The position numbers and the translations under genes are program-made. From the sequence record NC_110934.1: DNA of 64,000 nt; one strand, 5' to 3'. The notes under the pieces were generated by a model that ran no database searches, had not been told where the DNA came from, and saw only the letters and a program-made list of their open reading frames with translations. This DNA comes from Klebsiella phage KPP2018. This document shows, in pieces, positions 25,768 through 35,321 of this stretch (positions are counted from its first letter, which is position 1; each line of letters opens with the position of its first letter).

Positions 25768-26642
25768 TAAAGAACCCTCTGTACACCACAGCTATCTTCC
25801 CGGAGTGTAGTAAATGTGGTGATTTTACCCGTTTCATCGTTAACTTGCGCAACCGTCAACTGCCCGTTGAAAACACCGCCAGTATCAAGATAAACACGGT
25901 TTTTATAAAGAAGTGGGTAAGGAACCCCAGTATGTCCGTGAAACACGAAATCTACACCTTTAACTTCTGGCACTTCTACCATGTATTTTTCTTTAAATCC
26001 TGCATAACGCTGGAAGTACGGGTGTTCCTCACCATTTTTGGACAAGTAGAAGCCTATTTCTTGGACTACATCTCGATCCCATAAATATGGTTCAATATGG
26101 TATCCAGGATGGTCATGTGGGTCTTCCTTAGCTGCTTCTACTTGTGCAATAAGATTATCCCATACTGGGGTTTCTACTTCATTACCACATTCTTTGTACG
26201 TAAAAGGTACGCCACCGTGAACAACACCATACTTCTTACCACGATGTCTAACAGTTAAGAATACTGGCATTTTTTCAGCCATATCTTCGGCAATATTTTT
26301 AATGGTGTCTGCATCCAGCTCATCCATGGCCCACATACCACCGTTATACATCCAATTAGCCCAATCTCCTGCAATCATAAATTGGTCATGATTACCACGG
26401 ACACTGATAAAATGTGGATTATACAGGAATTTGGCTAAAACTTGTAGGTTTTGTGTGCCTCGGTCAATTAAGTCACCAACACATACTAAGCAATCTTTTT
26501 TGCCATTATACCTTGCTAATTTCAACGCATCTTCTAGCAAATCATTGCATCCATGAATATCACCAACGAAAAATAAGTTGGCGTCATCAGGCACTACTAG
26601 AGTTTTATGTACATTAAATTCTTTTTTCATAATTATTCCCAA
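25767..26642 (-). CDS. Ser/Thr protein phosphatase (PPP family), 291 aa
   Basis: Motifs GDIHGC, GDLIDRG and GNHD. T5-like phages encode one. Confidence 0.8.
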   Translation of the reverse strand: MGIIMKKEFNVHKTLVVPDDANLFFVGDIHGCNDLLEDALKLARYNGKKDCLVCVGDLIDRGTQNLQVLAKFLYNPHFISVRGNHDQFMIAGDWANWMYNGGMWAMDELDADTIKNIAEDMAEKMPVFLTVRHRGKKYGVVHGGVPFTYKECGNEVETPVWDNLIAQVEAAKEDPHDHPGYHIEPYLWDRDVVQEIGFYLSKNGEEHPYFQRYAGFKEKYMVEVPEVKGVDFVFHGHTGVPYPLLYKNRVYLDTGGVFNGQLTVAQVNDETGKITTFTTLREDSCGVQRVL

Positions 26643-26878
26643 ATAACAGTTAAAATAGTTGTGCCATAATCATTAGATAGTTGGAGAGTATAACCCTCTT
26701 TATAGAGGGCTTTTATAGCTTCATAACTAATTTCATCACGATTAAACTGTACAAAAGAACCTCCAATCTCCACGGAAGAAACTATTCTCTTTTTAACGTA
26801 TTTATATGGTTTCTTTCTACTCTTAAGGAGTGTAGCTCTATTTATTCTAGCTAAACGTTTTGCTTGTTCCGCTAACAT
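26633..26878 (-). CDS. Hypothetical basic protein (81 aa)
   Basis: ORF. Confidence 0.5.
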   Translation of the reverse strand: MLAEQAKRLARINRATLLKSRKKPYKYVKKRIVSSVEIGGSFVQFNRDEISYEAIKALYKEGYTLQLSNDYGTTILTVIWE

Positions 26879-26882
26879 TTAA

Positions 26883-27260
26883 TTATCTCCAGTGATTAGT
26901 ATGCTTCTCAGCTTCCTCATCGTTAGGCTCAAAGACAACATGGCAGTCAACTGCTTCCCAAAAAGCCTCACGGATTAAAGAGTTTTTAGCTGAAATGTCT
27001 AATTCTCCCCACTCTTCTAAAGTCTCTAGGTCTGTATCAACTTCGGTATCACAGCCAACCAACCCCAAAGAAACAACAATAGTAACGCGATCTTCACGTT
27101 GTTCGGGATAAACATCAGCATATTCCCAAGCAGCTTCTTCAACATAATATTGTTGTTCCTTTTCTGGAAGTGACTTATACTTTTCTTCTGTAATACCCAT
27201 CTCAACGGCGCGAGTACCACATACTACATTATTATTAATAATTAGATATGCATAGTTCAT
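26883..27260 (-). CDS. Hypothetical acidic protein (about 125 aa)
   Basis: Start moved to 27260 (MNYAYLI) behind a strong AGGAG RBS. Consensus promoter at 27370-27398. Confidence 0.5.
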   Translation of the reverse strand: MNYAYLIINNNVVCGTRAVEMGITEEKYKSLPEKEQQYYVEEAAWEYADVYPEQREDRVTIVVSLGLVGCDTEVDTDLETLEEWGELDISAKNSLIREAFWEAVDCHVVFEPNDEEAEKHTNHWR

Positions 27261-27369
27261 CGTAATACTCCTATTTCTTGAAGGGCAAAGAAAGCCATTA
27301 ATATGACTAAAATCCATACAAAGATATGTGACATAATCATATTAATGTCTCTCATCAATTTATATAAGT

Positions 27370-27398
27370 ATTATACCAAAATTTTTAGCAAAAAGCAA
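27370..27398 (-). promoter_or_regulatory. T5-early-type promoter (TTGCTT-17-TATAAT)
   Basis: Motif and spacing checked. Confidence 0.65.
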
Positions 27399-27407
27399 GT
27401 AAAATAA

Positions 27408-27434
27408 AAGCCTGATCAGCTAAGATCAGGCTTT
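27408..27434. terminator. Bidirectional rho-independent terminator hairpin
   Basis: AAGCCTGATC..GATCAGGCTT followed by a T-run on both strands. Downstream of the gene ending at 27440. Confidence 0.6.
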
Positions 27435-27439
27435 GTTTA

Positions 27440-27730
27440 TTAGTCCTCTGGATTATCATCCAGGAAATTTTTAATAGCTTCGTGCATAGTTTCTTTACGA
27501 AGCTGACGTCCAATCAGAATATGATTAGCTTCTATTCGACCATTAGGTAAGCGATCCGCCAGAACTACTACAGGAACTTGGCGCACACCAAATTTCTGCA
27601 TTAATTCTGTATTATCAGTCTCTTTATGGATTTCCAAATTATAGTCATTGACTACTTTATCAAATACTGGCTCAAACATTTTGCAAGGGTTGCAAGTAGA
27701 ACCTTTCAATAGATATACTAATTTACTCAT
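27440..27730 (-). CDS. Thioredoxin-fold protein (96 aa)
   Basis: CxxC motif (CNPC) near the N-terminus and a thioredoxin-like length. Confidence 0.55.
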   Translation of the reverse strand: MSKLVYLLKGSTCNPCKMFEPVFDKVVNDYNLEIHKETDNTELMQKFGVRQVPVVVLADRLPNGRIEANHILIGRQLRKETMHEAIKNFLDDNPED

Positions 27731-28154
27731 AGTTATTAATGGCCTCTAAGAAGTTTCTCATAGTTTTTACGGTTGCAGTGCTTAGATCAAGATTTACACC
27801 CAAACACTCGGTTAATGCCTCCTGATAAGGAGCCTTCAATCTGCCTTCTGGGACTTCTACCTTTTTATACTCTTTATTTTTGACCTTTTTAATCATAGTC
27901 TCTAGTACAAGAAGCGGTAATTTAGCACCTTCAATATCAGTACCCAAAAGTTCAGTTAAAATTTTATTAAGATCAAGACGAGTTAACTTTTTGCCCTTAG
28001 ACATAGATGCACCTACCTTTGTATCAATAGATTTTTCCGCTTTCTTTTCGAGCTTTTTGTACTCAGGAGAGTCATGATCACGGAGTGCAATGTTTAGCTC
28101 GTAATGTGGTATACGAAAATGTTCCGCCATTTGAGTATAGAAACGATCAGACAT
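27723..28154 (-). CDS. Hypothetical protein (143 aa)
   Basis: Promoter TTGACT-17-TATAAT at 28188-28216. Confidence 0.55.
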   Translation of the reverse strand: MSDRFYTQMAEHFRIPHYELNIALRDHDSPEYKKLEKKAEKSIDTKVGASMSKGKKLTRLDLNKILTELLGTDIEGAKLPLLVLETMIKKVKNKEYKKVEVPEGRLKAPYQEALTECLGVNLDLSTATVKTMRNFLEAINNYE

Positions 28155-28187
28155 AATATATACCTCTCTTAACTAATTTATGTATAT

Positions 28188-28216
28188 ATTATATAATAAC
28201 TAGGGCTAAAAGTCAA
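28188..28216 (-). promoter_or_regulatory. Sigma70 promoter (TTGACT-17-TATAAT)
   Basis: Motif and spacing checked. Confidence 0.6.
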
Positions 28217-28229
28217 CTACTTTTTTATC

Positions 28230-28646
28230 TTAATCTACTACATGTATAAATCTTTTCCTAACTAGATACATAGTTATTGGGTAAATTGAGTACATAAGTA
28301 TCGGGGAGAAAAGGGTGAAATACGCTGTAACTCCCCCAGCTAACATCAAAGGTATTAATGCTAGAGTAAGGGCCATAAGAATCATACCGAATGAAACAGC
28401 CAAAGCTATGGATATAGGATTCTCTAGTTCCATCCATAACCAACAATATTTCGTATCTCTATGGCAATTGCATTTACAAACGCCGAATGAACCCATAATT
28501 ATATACTCTAGTCCGTGAATAACCTTTATTAATAAGCTATTTCGGGTAGTTAATGCAAGGATAGTAAAGACTATCATTAAAACGAATACTACTAGACTTA
28601 TTTTCCAGATACCTAGCAGCATCATAGTGAATAGTTCTGCAAACAT
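28230..28646 (-). CDS. Integral membrane protein (138 aa)
   Basis: Four predicted transmembrane segments. Confidence 0.55.
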   Translation of the reverse strand: MFAELFTMMLLGIWKISLVVFVLMIVFTILALTTRNSLLIKVIHGLEYIIMGSFGVCKCNCHRDTKYCWLWMELENPISIALAVSFGMILMALTLALIPLMLAGGVTAYFTLFSPILMYSIYPITMYLVRKRFIHVVD

Positions 28647-28684
28647 GGCTTTCTCCTATCTTCAAAAATTATTAAAGCCCCCTT

Positions 28685-28715
28685 TGCCTAAAAAGGCGGG
28701 AATACTCCCGCCTCA
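28685..28715 (-). terminator. Rho-independent terminator
   Basis: GGCGGGAGTATTCCCGCC followed by TTTTT in minus sense, just after the endolysin stop codon. Confidence 0.6.
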
Positions 28716-28723
28716 GTTATTAA

Positions 28724-29137
28724 TTAAACTAGTTCGACATGACCGCCATCATAGGTACCACGTTTTATTTCATCGTGATAATCTCCCGAAGCATTCCAAT
28801 CAGCACCAAAGCGAAGTTTAATGCCTAGTTCTTTACCGGCTTGTTCAAAAGCCTTTTTAACTGCCCAAAATGCTTCTAAATCATTCCAATCAATTTTGCC
28901 ATTAATGTATGGAGCAAAATCAAGGGCATCCCCAGTAATATGCTTGCTTTTACTAGGATCTTTTAAAAATGAAGTACCATTAGCAATATTCTGGGCACTT
29001 TGTGCTACTGTACGAATACCCTGTACGATCGTGAAATCATATGGAGATAATTCTAAAGCTCTACGAGCTACTTTTTGTAGCTCTGGCTTAACGGTAGCTA
29101 ATTGTTTTTCGCTATTTTTACCAAATTTAAAACTCAT
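28724..29137 (-). CDS. lys: Endolysin, L-alanyl-D-glutamate peptidase (M15 family), 137 aa
   Basis: Size and sequence character match the T5 endolysin. The holin gene is upstream with a 4-nt overlap. Confidence 0.8.
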   Translation of the reverse strand: MSFKFGKNSEKQLATVKPELQKVARRALELSPYDFTIVQGIRTVAQSAQNIANGTSFLKDPSKSKHITGDALDFAPYINGKIDWNDLEAFWAVKKAFEQAGKELGIKLRFGADWNASGDYHDEIKRGTYDGGHVELV

Positions 29138-29790
29138 ATTGATCTACCTAAAGATCTCTGTTGTGGGGAACAGAGCTTTGTTAAATACTCGTTAAATTTC
29201 TCAGAATCGGCTGCATCTACAGGATTATCTTTCCAAGCAATACCAATATATCCAGCATAGATATTGTTTAGATTGAAATACGGACAAGTGTATATGTAAT
29301 TAAAAGTAACGTTCTTAAACGCAGGTATATTTAACCCCATGTATTTATTTACTTTTACACTTAAATCCGATGCGTAGTTAAAGCCTTCCAAGTGACGTCT
29401 ATATAGCTCAGACGTTTTATTTACCGCTTTATCGGCCAAGTCAGCCCTATCTAATTGCGCATTGCTTTCCCATGCAATAATGTTAGAATAATCATTAATG
29501 GCATCGGGTTTATACTTGACGACAAAAACAGCATCCGCACCCGTTTGGGAGAAAAGCACCATGCTCTTCTCTCTAGCTACATTAGGAAAGTTATCTATCC
29601 TTTGAGTTTGAACATCCTGTAGAACCGCAGACGTGGAGAAAGTCTTTAAGAATGACATCACCTCGCTAGTATTACTAACAAATAAGAAAATAATGACAGC
29701 AACTAAGATAGTTAGCAGACGTTTAAGAAGCGATGCTGGATCTTTCGCTTCTTGGAGCAGTACCGTTAATAATTGTAAGAACTTTTCCAA
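29134..29790 (-). CDS. hol: Holin (T5-type, 218 aa), apparent TTG start
   Basis: N-terminal transmembrane helix followed by a large periplasmic domain. GAGGAGG sits 7 nt before TTG. Promoter TTGTAA-17-TATAAT near 29830-29860. Confidence 0.65.
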   Translation of the reverse strand: MEKFLQLLTVLLQEAKDPASLLKRLLTILVAVIIFLFVSNTSEVMSFLKTFSTSAVLQDVQTQRIDNFPNVAREKSMVLFSQTGADAVFVVKYKPDAINDYSNIIAWESNAQLDRADLADKAVNKTSELYRRHLEGFNYASDLSVKVNKYMGLNIPAFKNVTFNYIYTCPYFNLNNIYAGYIGIAWKDNPVDAADSEKFNEYLTKLCSPQQRSLGRSI

Positions 29791-29904
29791 TTGTAACCTC
29801 CTCTAACCAGTACCATTATACTAATTTTGGAGGAAAATTACAATGTGTTTTTAAAGATCACTTCTGGAGCATAAAATTTTGTCGTTGTCAAGAAGAATTT
29901 TAGA

Positions 29905-29940
29905 TAAAAGAAAAGCCAGGGTCGTTAAACCCTGGCTTAA
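29905..29940 (-). terminator. Rho-independent terminator
   Basis: AAGCCAGGGT..ACCCTGGCTT followed by a T-run in minus sense. Confidence 0.65.
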
Positions 29941-29946
29941 AACTAC

Positions 29947-30546
29947 TTACTCTTCGTTGTGCTCCTCGAATTGAGGTAACTGGGCTTTATTATATTGCTC
30001 AGATCGATATTTTGCCAAGATTTCAATACGCTTATGGATTTCTTTGCTATCTAGATAGATATTTTTGTTGTCTTTTACCATCTCGTCGATTTCATCTATT
30101 GAGAAGAATGGATAGTAGACATCTAGCATCATATCTTCTACGAACTTGTTGTAAGATTCATAGGCTTTCTTGATTTCTTGACCTTTCTCACAGAATCCGC
30201 CAGAGAACGTGTGTCCCATTAACGTAGCATGTGGATGTACTACCCATCCATGACAGGATAGGAAAATTGTGCAGTAAGCAGAAGCACTAGGACCAATCAG
30301 ATGTCCTATAACTGTTCCACGGCAATTAGCAATTAAGTTAGATAACTGTGCAGCAGTATCAACATAACCACCCGGGCCATTAATCATCAGATTAATTTCG
30401 TCGTCCTCATTTGCCTGCATAAGTACCATTGATAAATCACGGTATTCATCCGGCGGGCCTAATTCTTCATCAAAGAAAAAGGTATACTCATTAGATTGGC
30501 GAATGGAGTGAAACAGGTTAGTCTTTTCTTCTTTTTTATTAGTCAT
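29947..30546 (-). CDS. ClpP-like serine peptidase-fold protein (199 aa)
   Basis: INGPGGYV motif resembles the ClpP INSPGG motif. Confidence 0.5.
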   Translation of the reverse strand: MTNKKEEKTNLFHSIRQSNEYTFFFDEELGPPDEYRDLSMVLMQANEDDEINLMINGPGGYVDTAAQLSNLIANCRGTVIGHLIGPSASAYCTIFLSCHGWVVHPHATLMGHTFSGGFCEKGQEIKKAYESYNKFVEDMMLDVYYPFFSIDEIDEMVKDNKNIYLDSKEIHKRIEILAKYRSEQYNKAQLPQFEEHNEE

Positions 30547-30558
30547 AGCGATCCTTGA

Positions 30559-31311
30559 TTATCCAACTAGTGGTTCTAGCTCTAAGTCACAGAAGTTATA
30601 AACTTCTAGTTTAAGGTTATTGATACCATCGAATTTATTAACTAATTCGTGAGTAATATATTTTGCAGGAATACCACTTTCAGATGGATGATCTGATTTA
30701 ATAGTGAACTTCTGCTCAGCGGGTACTACATTTACTATCAAAGAATCCATATCTAAATGGTTTGTTTCTCTGAGTAGCTCTCCTTCATTGGGGAATCTAA
30801 CATCTGTTATTACGGCGACGTCTGGGTCGTCTTTAGCGATGGATTGCTCCAGAATTATGAGCCAAATGCGTTCATGCACCAGCTGCCTTCCTAGCTCTGT
30901 TCCTACGAGCTGTAACATTTTTCTCGGAGAAATAAATAAACTATAAAGACCATCTTCTTTACTCCCTGAGATAAGTTGTTGAGGATTAAGATATTTTTCC
31001 TCAAAAATAGGCCAAACGTACGAGAAGTCTTCAAACTTATCGATACCATACTTAAACCACACATCCCTGGCTCGCTCCAATTGAGATTGTGTGACCGTAA
31101 ACCATTGGTCAATCTCTTTTCCCCTGCGCTCTCCTAGAAACTCTGGAGTTACACCGAGGATTACGGATGCAAGTTCATAAACGGGCTTAGCAAAACTGTA
31201 ACGACAGGGTAAACACATTGGATACGTGTCATTACACCAATCAATAATTAATTTTGCAACGGTATCTTTTCCCGAACCAGCTTCACCATGTAAACCGACT
31301 AATACTGACAT
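30559..31311 (-). CDS. dnk: Deoxynucleoside monophosphate kinase (250 aa)
   Basis: P-loop GEAGSGKDT. Size matches T5 Dnk. Confidence 0.7.
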   Translation of the reverse strand: MSVLVGLHGEAGSGKDTVAKLIIDWCNDTYPMCLPCRYSFAKPVYELASVILGVTPEFLGERRGKEIDQWFTVTQSQLERARDVWFKYGIDKFEDFSYVWPIFEEKYLNPQQLISGSKEDGLYSLFISPRKMLQLVGTELGRQLVHERIWLIILEQSIAKDDPDVAVITDVRFPNEGELLRETNHLDMDSLIVNVVPAEQKFTIKSDHPSESGIPAKYITHELVNKFDGINNLKLEVYNFCDLELEPLVG

Positions 31312-31664
31312 TAATCTTTCCTATTTGTAATGGGTGGATAGTAAACTAAGCAACGTTTTTCTTGTAAATCTTGACGATAGAAGCAAACCATACCAGTCAG
31401 TCGTGAAATGTAAGAGTAAACTGCTTCCTCACATTTTGCTTTTGCATTCCAATCTTTGTATGGTATAACAACTACTACGCCATCTTCTCCATTTGTAGCT
31501 AATTTCTTTTCAAACCTAAAGTTAAAGCTACAAGGTTGAAGTCCTTTAGGCCAGTCTACATGAGCTTGCTTTAACTCATGAGATGGCTCTGGTTTTATTT
31601 CTTCTGCACAGCCTGTGATCGTGATTGTGGCTGCGAGCAGTACTCCAAGTTTCCAGTTAAACAC
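31311..31664 (-). CDS. Outer-membrane lipoprotein, o-spanin-like (117 aa)
   Basis: Lipobox ITGC after a signal peptide. Its 5' end overlaps the i-spanin-like gene by 70 nt. Confidence 0.5.
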   Translation of the reverse strand: MFNWKLGVLLAATITITGCAEEIKPEPSHELKQAHVDWPKGLQPCSFNFRFEKKLATNGEDGVVVVIPYKDWNAKAKCEEAVYSYISRLTGMVCFYRQDLQEKRCLVYYPPITNRKD

Positions 31665-32044
31665 GCTAATCTTTCCTCGAACTCTTTATTCTGCTTTTTA
31701 GCAATTAATGTTACCAATCCAGGCTTTGCAGCGATAACATCTTGACGACTAAGAGCTTTATCTAGCTGCTTAATCTTTTTGTCTAGATCTGCTTGCGAAA
31801 TATTATTCATTGTGAAATACTGATTCATTCTAGTCTCACGAAGTTCGCTTTCAGCTTTCACCTTATTAAGGGAAGTCTCTAGAGAGGAAATCTTTTTAGT
31901 AGCTACCGCAAGATCTCCCGCTAAAGTCTCCACTTTATCTACTAAGTGATAAGCACCGAACCCGATGCCTATCGCTAGACCTGCTCCCAGGATATACCAC
32001 TTACCGTGCCATATTCCTGAAAGAAGTTTTTGTATCAAATCCAT
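31595..32044 (-). CDS. i-spanin-like protein (149 aa)
   Basis: N-terminal transmembrane helix followed by a long coiled coil. Overlaps the lipoprotein gene. Confidence 0.5.
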   Translation of the reverse strand: MDLIQKLLSGIWHGKWYILGAGLAIGIGFGAYHLVDKVETLAGDLAVATKKISSLETSLNKVKAESELRETRMNQYFTMNNISQADLDKKIKQLDKALSRQDVIAAKPGLVTLIAKKQNKEFEERLACLTGNLEYCSQPQSRSQAVQKK

Positions 32045-32699
32045 GCGCTGCTAACCTGTCTTTATCTGATACTTTAATCATATCAGGCTCACCAGTTCCT
32101 AGTACACCAAAGATATACTGTTCGAGAACTTGGTGTAAACGGTATAAGTTACTTTCAATTTCCTGCCACGGAATACCTGACTGATGGAAACGAATGTTAG
32201 TCTGAATCACGAAGTTACGAACATCATCGTTATCGTTCTTTTTAATACCTTTCACATATGCAATCGGTACACGCAGTTCGGATAAGATACGTTCTGCTTT
32301 AGGTTTTGCTTCAGCGAGCAAATCACGCATTGTTTCACGAACATCTCCACGACTCTTATCCATTAAGTAAGAGCGAGCATGCAATCCCATCTCTTCCATT
32401 TTATCGAACATAGTGTCGAGATTAAACGTTTTGAAGCTAAATGCTGGATGCCAGCAGTACAGCTCGTGTAACCAGTAAACTTCACCTGCAACAAATAGTG
32501 GGTTTACAAAATATTCGAAATCACCACGAAAAGATAGCGAGCCATCACGAAATACCTGGCGAGTATGCACAATGTTCTTTTCTGCATCATCGGTTACTTT
32601 AACCAGCAACTCTTCAGTTTTACGCTCCCAAACACGATCTGGGTCGAACAAACTGTTTTGCAAATCATACACATCGGCGAACTTAGAAATAATCCTCAT
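32001..32699 (-). CDS. Hypothetical protein (232 aa)
   Basis: Consensus promoter at 32731-32759. Confidence 0.6.
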   Translation of the reverse strand: MRIISKFADVYDLQNSLFDPDRVWERKTEELLVKVTDDAEKNIVHTRQVFRDGSLSFRGDFEYFVNPLFVAGEVYWLHELYCWHPAFSFKTFNLDTMFDKMEEMGLHARSYLMDKSRGDVRETMRDLLAEAKPKAERILSELRVPIAYVKGIKKNDNDDVRNFVIQTNIRFHQSGIPWQEIESNLYRLHQVLEQYIFGVLGTGEPDMIKVSDKDRLAAHGFDTKTSFRNMAR

Positions 32700-32730
32700 A
32701 TTTAATCCTCTTGCCTCAATCTATAAACAT

Positions 32731-32759
32731 ATTATACAAAAGTTTGGGCATCTAAGCAA
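32731..32759 (-). promoter_or_regulatory. T5-early-type promoter (TTGCTT-17-TATAAT)
   Basis: Motif and spacing checked. Confidence 0.65.
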
Positions 32760-32780
32760 CTAAAATTTTATTATAAAAAT

Positions 32781-32809
32781 AGCCCAGTCGCAAAAGTGCA
32801 GGCTGGGCT
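32781..32809 (-). terminator. Rho-independent terminator
   Basis: AGCCCAG..CTGGGCT followed by a T-run in minus sense. Confidence 0.55.
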
Positions 32810-32853
32810 TTGTCATTATTTGCTTTTGCTAGTAAGTTGATTTAGTATCAATC

Positions 32854-33234
32854 TTATGTAATATTAGTTTCTCTAGCTTTGCGTAGTACCCCTGCATTTC
32901 TCCACAATTTGATGTCAGCAACTGTTTCTTTATATGGAGCAATGGTAGAACCAATTGGGCCAGCAACTAATAGTCCAAAGAACCCTACAATACGCATGTA
33001 GAACAAGCATTCTTTGGCTGTCATATTATTTACTGCTTTTTTCTGCTTTTCATCTTTAAACTTCTGTTCTTGATCATCAATATGTAGATACTTAACAAAC
33101 CATTCAGCAGAATATTCATCCAAATGTCTAATAATAGCTATCGCATATCCAGCACCGATTAAAAACCAGGTTGTAACAAGAATTAGTAATATAGTCATAT
33201 TATCTCCAGTTAGGGCTAGCAGCCATCTCACCAC
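32854..33234 (-). CDS. Membrane protein (126 aa)
   Basis: Three transmembrane segments. Confidence 0.55.
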   Translation of the reverse strand: MVRWLLALTGDNMTILLILVTTWFLIGAGYAIAIIRHLDEYSAEWFVKYLHIDDQEQKFKDEKQKKAVNNMTAKECLFYMRIVGFFGLLVAGPIGSTIAPYKETVADIKLWRNAGVLRKARETNIT

Positions 33235-33308
33235 TTACCGCACTAAGGGGCACGACTCCCTTATCCGTAACAGTTGCAGGTGACGCAACTCGGTCCTACG
33301 CGAGTTCT

Positions 33309-33593
33309 TTAGGTATTCTGCATTTCAGCTTTAAATTTTTTCATATTACGAGTTTTTCTATAAAAGAAAAACACAGATGTTGGGCCTAGAAGAATATCCA
33401 CAATAAATATCATAGATCTAGCACATCTGAGTAATGTTTTATCATCAAGAGGAGGCAGATCTAACGGTCGAGTTTTATGTATAACGTATAATATTACATC
33501 TTTATTCTTAGAAATATACAGATCATCAACCAAGCTGTAAATAGCTACTATAGATCCAATGATGAACCAAAGAGCAAATGGAGAGATAATCAT
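33309..33593 (-). CDS. Membrane protein (94 aa)
   Basis: Two transmembrane segments. Confidence 0.5.
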   Translation of the reverse strand: MIISPFALWFIIGSIVAIYSLVDDLYISKNKDVILYVIHKTRPLDLPPLDDKTLLRCARSMIFIVDILLGPTSVFFFYRKTRNMKKFKAEMQNT

Positions 33594-33928
33594 TTCAGAT
33601 CCTTTTCATTAATTAGAATATTAGTAAACAGTGGAGTAACTCCTAGACTCATAGTAGGTCCAAACATATTCATGGCTACCCACAATTGCATAGTGATCAT
33701 CCCATCTTTAATCTCTGGATCTTTATATTCTTCGATACGTTTTTTAGCAAAGGCAATTACATCTGGAGTACTACCGTTCTTTACAACATGATCATGCCAA
33801 AACTGGGTATTCTCACTACGTAGGAATGTTAAAACATCCTTAGTTGCTGGAATCTGCACTGTGCTATTGATGTTTAGTCTTTTCACGTTCTTTTCCATGT
33901 TACTCTTCTCCTTCAAAGTCGCAATCAT
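33590..33928 (-). CDS. Hypothetical protein (112 aa)
   Basis: ORF. Confidence 0.55.
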   Translation of the reverse strand: MIATLKEKSNMEKNVKRLNINSTVQIPATKDVLTFLRSENTQFWHDHVVKNGSTPDVIAFAKKRIEEYKDPEIKDGMITMQLWVAMNMFGPTMSLGVTPLFTNILINEKDLK

Positions 33929-34196
33929 AACGACAAGTAAAAGAACTGGAGCTATTAGTACGTTGGGTGGTTATTTCACCGCGTTTGCTAATAGTAACGG
34001 CTGGAGTAGAGAAGTTTTTATTAGTATAGATTTCTACTTTACCATTACGTTCTTTAACATCACGAACTTTACCATACTCGGTAATAATGCCGTTCTGTTG
34101 GACTTTAACACTGCCATTTTTCATAGAAACTTTGGTAGATGCCAGAGAACCGAAACTAACTGCGGAGATCATCAGTGCAATAATAAACTTATTCAT
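33900..34196 (-). CDS. Secreted small protein (about 98 aa)
   Basis: Start at 34196 (MNKFIIALMISAVSFGSLAST) with a GGGGAGG RBS and a signal peptide. Confidence 0.5.
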   Translation of the reverse strand: MNKFIIALMISAVSFGSLASTKVSMKNGSVKVQQNGIITEYGKVRDVKERNGKVEIYTNKNFSTPAVTISKRGEITTQRTNSSSSFTCRYDCDFEGEE

Positions 34197-34470
34197 CTTC
34201 ATCCTCCCCACTACAATCACGACATACATCATAATCGTTGAAAGAACGTTCGTGAGCTTCACACCACCAAGAACAAGAATCGCAGAGAAACATTTCAGTT
34301 TTCTCAATTGCTTGGCCTAAAAGATCATCAGCTTCCTCAGCAGTAATCTTCAATCCGCACACATCTGCCACACGTTCTTTAATTAAACGACCTGCTTCGT
34401 GGTAAGACATACAGGTTCCCGCAACATCATGTTCAAGAACATGAACAGCACAGTCTAGACGAGTTTTCAT
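34189..34470 (-). CDS. Cys-rich zinc-binding-like acidic protein (93 aa)
   Basis: Multiple CxxC pairs. Consensus promoter at 34501-34529. Confidence 0.55.
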   Translation of the reverse strand: MKTRLDCAVHVLEHDVAGTCMSYHEAGRLIKERVADVCGLKITAEEADDLLGQAIEKTEMFLCDSCSWWCEAHERSFNDYDVCRDCSGEDEDE

Positions 34471-34500
34471 TTCAAACCTCTCTCATCAATTTATAAACAT

Positions 34501-34529
34501 ATTATAGCAAGAAAAGAGAGGTTTAGCAA
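34501..34529 (-). promoter_or_regulatory. T5-early-type promoter (TTGCTA-17-TATAAT)
   Basis: Motif and spacing checked. Confidence 0.65.
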
Positions 34530-34546
34530 ATGAATTATTTCAGAAT

Positions 34547-34894
34547 TTAGTCATAGCACCACCATAATCCACGCTTACGCATGTCATGGTCGCGATTATA
34601 ATCATAATTTTCTGGATCTTTCATCACGCGGTGGAGTTCTTGACGGTTCCCTTGGCGAACCATTTTATTAGAATGCCACTTAACATTCTTACTAATAGAA
34701 TTCCAGTTATAACCATCCTTTTTCTCATTACGAATGGTTGCTTCCTTCATTTCTTTTTTGATGTCGTCCCAGGATTTGGCATAAATAACACGAATCCAGT
34801 AGCCATTTTCTTTGAGGAAAGAATATTCTTGAGAGAATTGTTCTTTAGACTTCCACCACTGATCACCAGATTGTTTACGATAAGTACGGCTCAT
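34547..34894 (-). CDS. Hypothetical basic protein (115 aa)
   Basis: ORF. Confidence 0.55.
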   Translation of the reverse strand: MSRTYRKQSGDQWWKSKEQFSQEYSFLKENGYWIRVIYAKSWDDIKKEMKEATIRNEKKDGYNWNSISKNVKWHSNKMVRQGNRQELHRVMKDPENYDYNRDHDMRKRGLWWCYD

Positions 34895-34972
34895 ATTACC
34901 TCCATTAAGTCTTTTAAATTAACCTAATGTGGATGAATTTTATTATACATATATTATGTACCTTTATACAGA

Positions 34973-35008
34973 AAAACCCCAGACTACTTATTCAATAGCT
35001 GGGGTTTG
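34973..35008 (-). terminator. Rho-independent terminator
   Basis: CCCCAGCTATTGAATAAGTAGTCTGGGG followed by TTTTT in minus sense. Confidence 0.6.
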
Positions 35009-35015
35009 TTATTAA

Positions 35016-35321
35016 TTACAGATCGGGGCGTTCATCTTCGAACGCCACGAAGCCATCAAATTCATCATTTGAAATACCACCAGTATAGGTGATGTCCGCA
35101 ATCATCGCTTCCATTTTCCGGATCTCCGAGGTTTTCATGCCTGCTTTACTATTCTTATAGTATTTGCGAGGGTTCCCACACATCCAACAAGAACAGATGC
35201 AAGGAGTAGTAGTGACAATACCTAACCGCTTAGGGCTTTCTTCATGTGGAAAGATTGTCCAATACTTCTTGCGGTTGTTCTTCACACGTTGCCGGTGATG
35301 ACGTCTTAATGCTCGATCCAC
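35016..35321 (-). CDS. Basic zinc-ribbon protein (101 aa)
   Basis: Arg/His-rich N-terminus and a CxCxC...C cluster. Confidence 0.5.
   Translation of the reverse strand: MDRALRRHHRQRVKNNRKKYWTIFPHEESPKRLGIVTTTPCICSCWMCGNPRKYYKNSKAGMKTSEIRKMEAMIADITYTGGISNDEFDGFVAFEDERPDL

Larger units (their letters stand above)
16120..34536. repeat. Copy A of a direct duplication of at least 18.4 kb (period about 29,474/29,464 bp)
   Basis: Sequence and ORF content recur at 45594-64000. Nineteen flanking bases at the two junctions were aligned and the junction coordinates checked: 16120 and 45594. Confidence 0.9.

Noticed and set aside
16120-34536. Interpreting the 18.4-kb repeat as the phage terminal repeat
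   Set aside because: Copies are only 29.5 kb apart and contain early, lysis and metabolism genes rather than dmp/A1/A2. The junctions cut through coding sequences.
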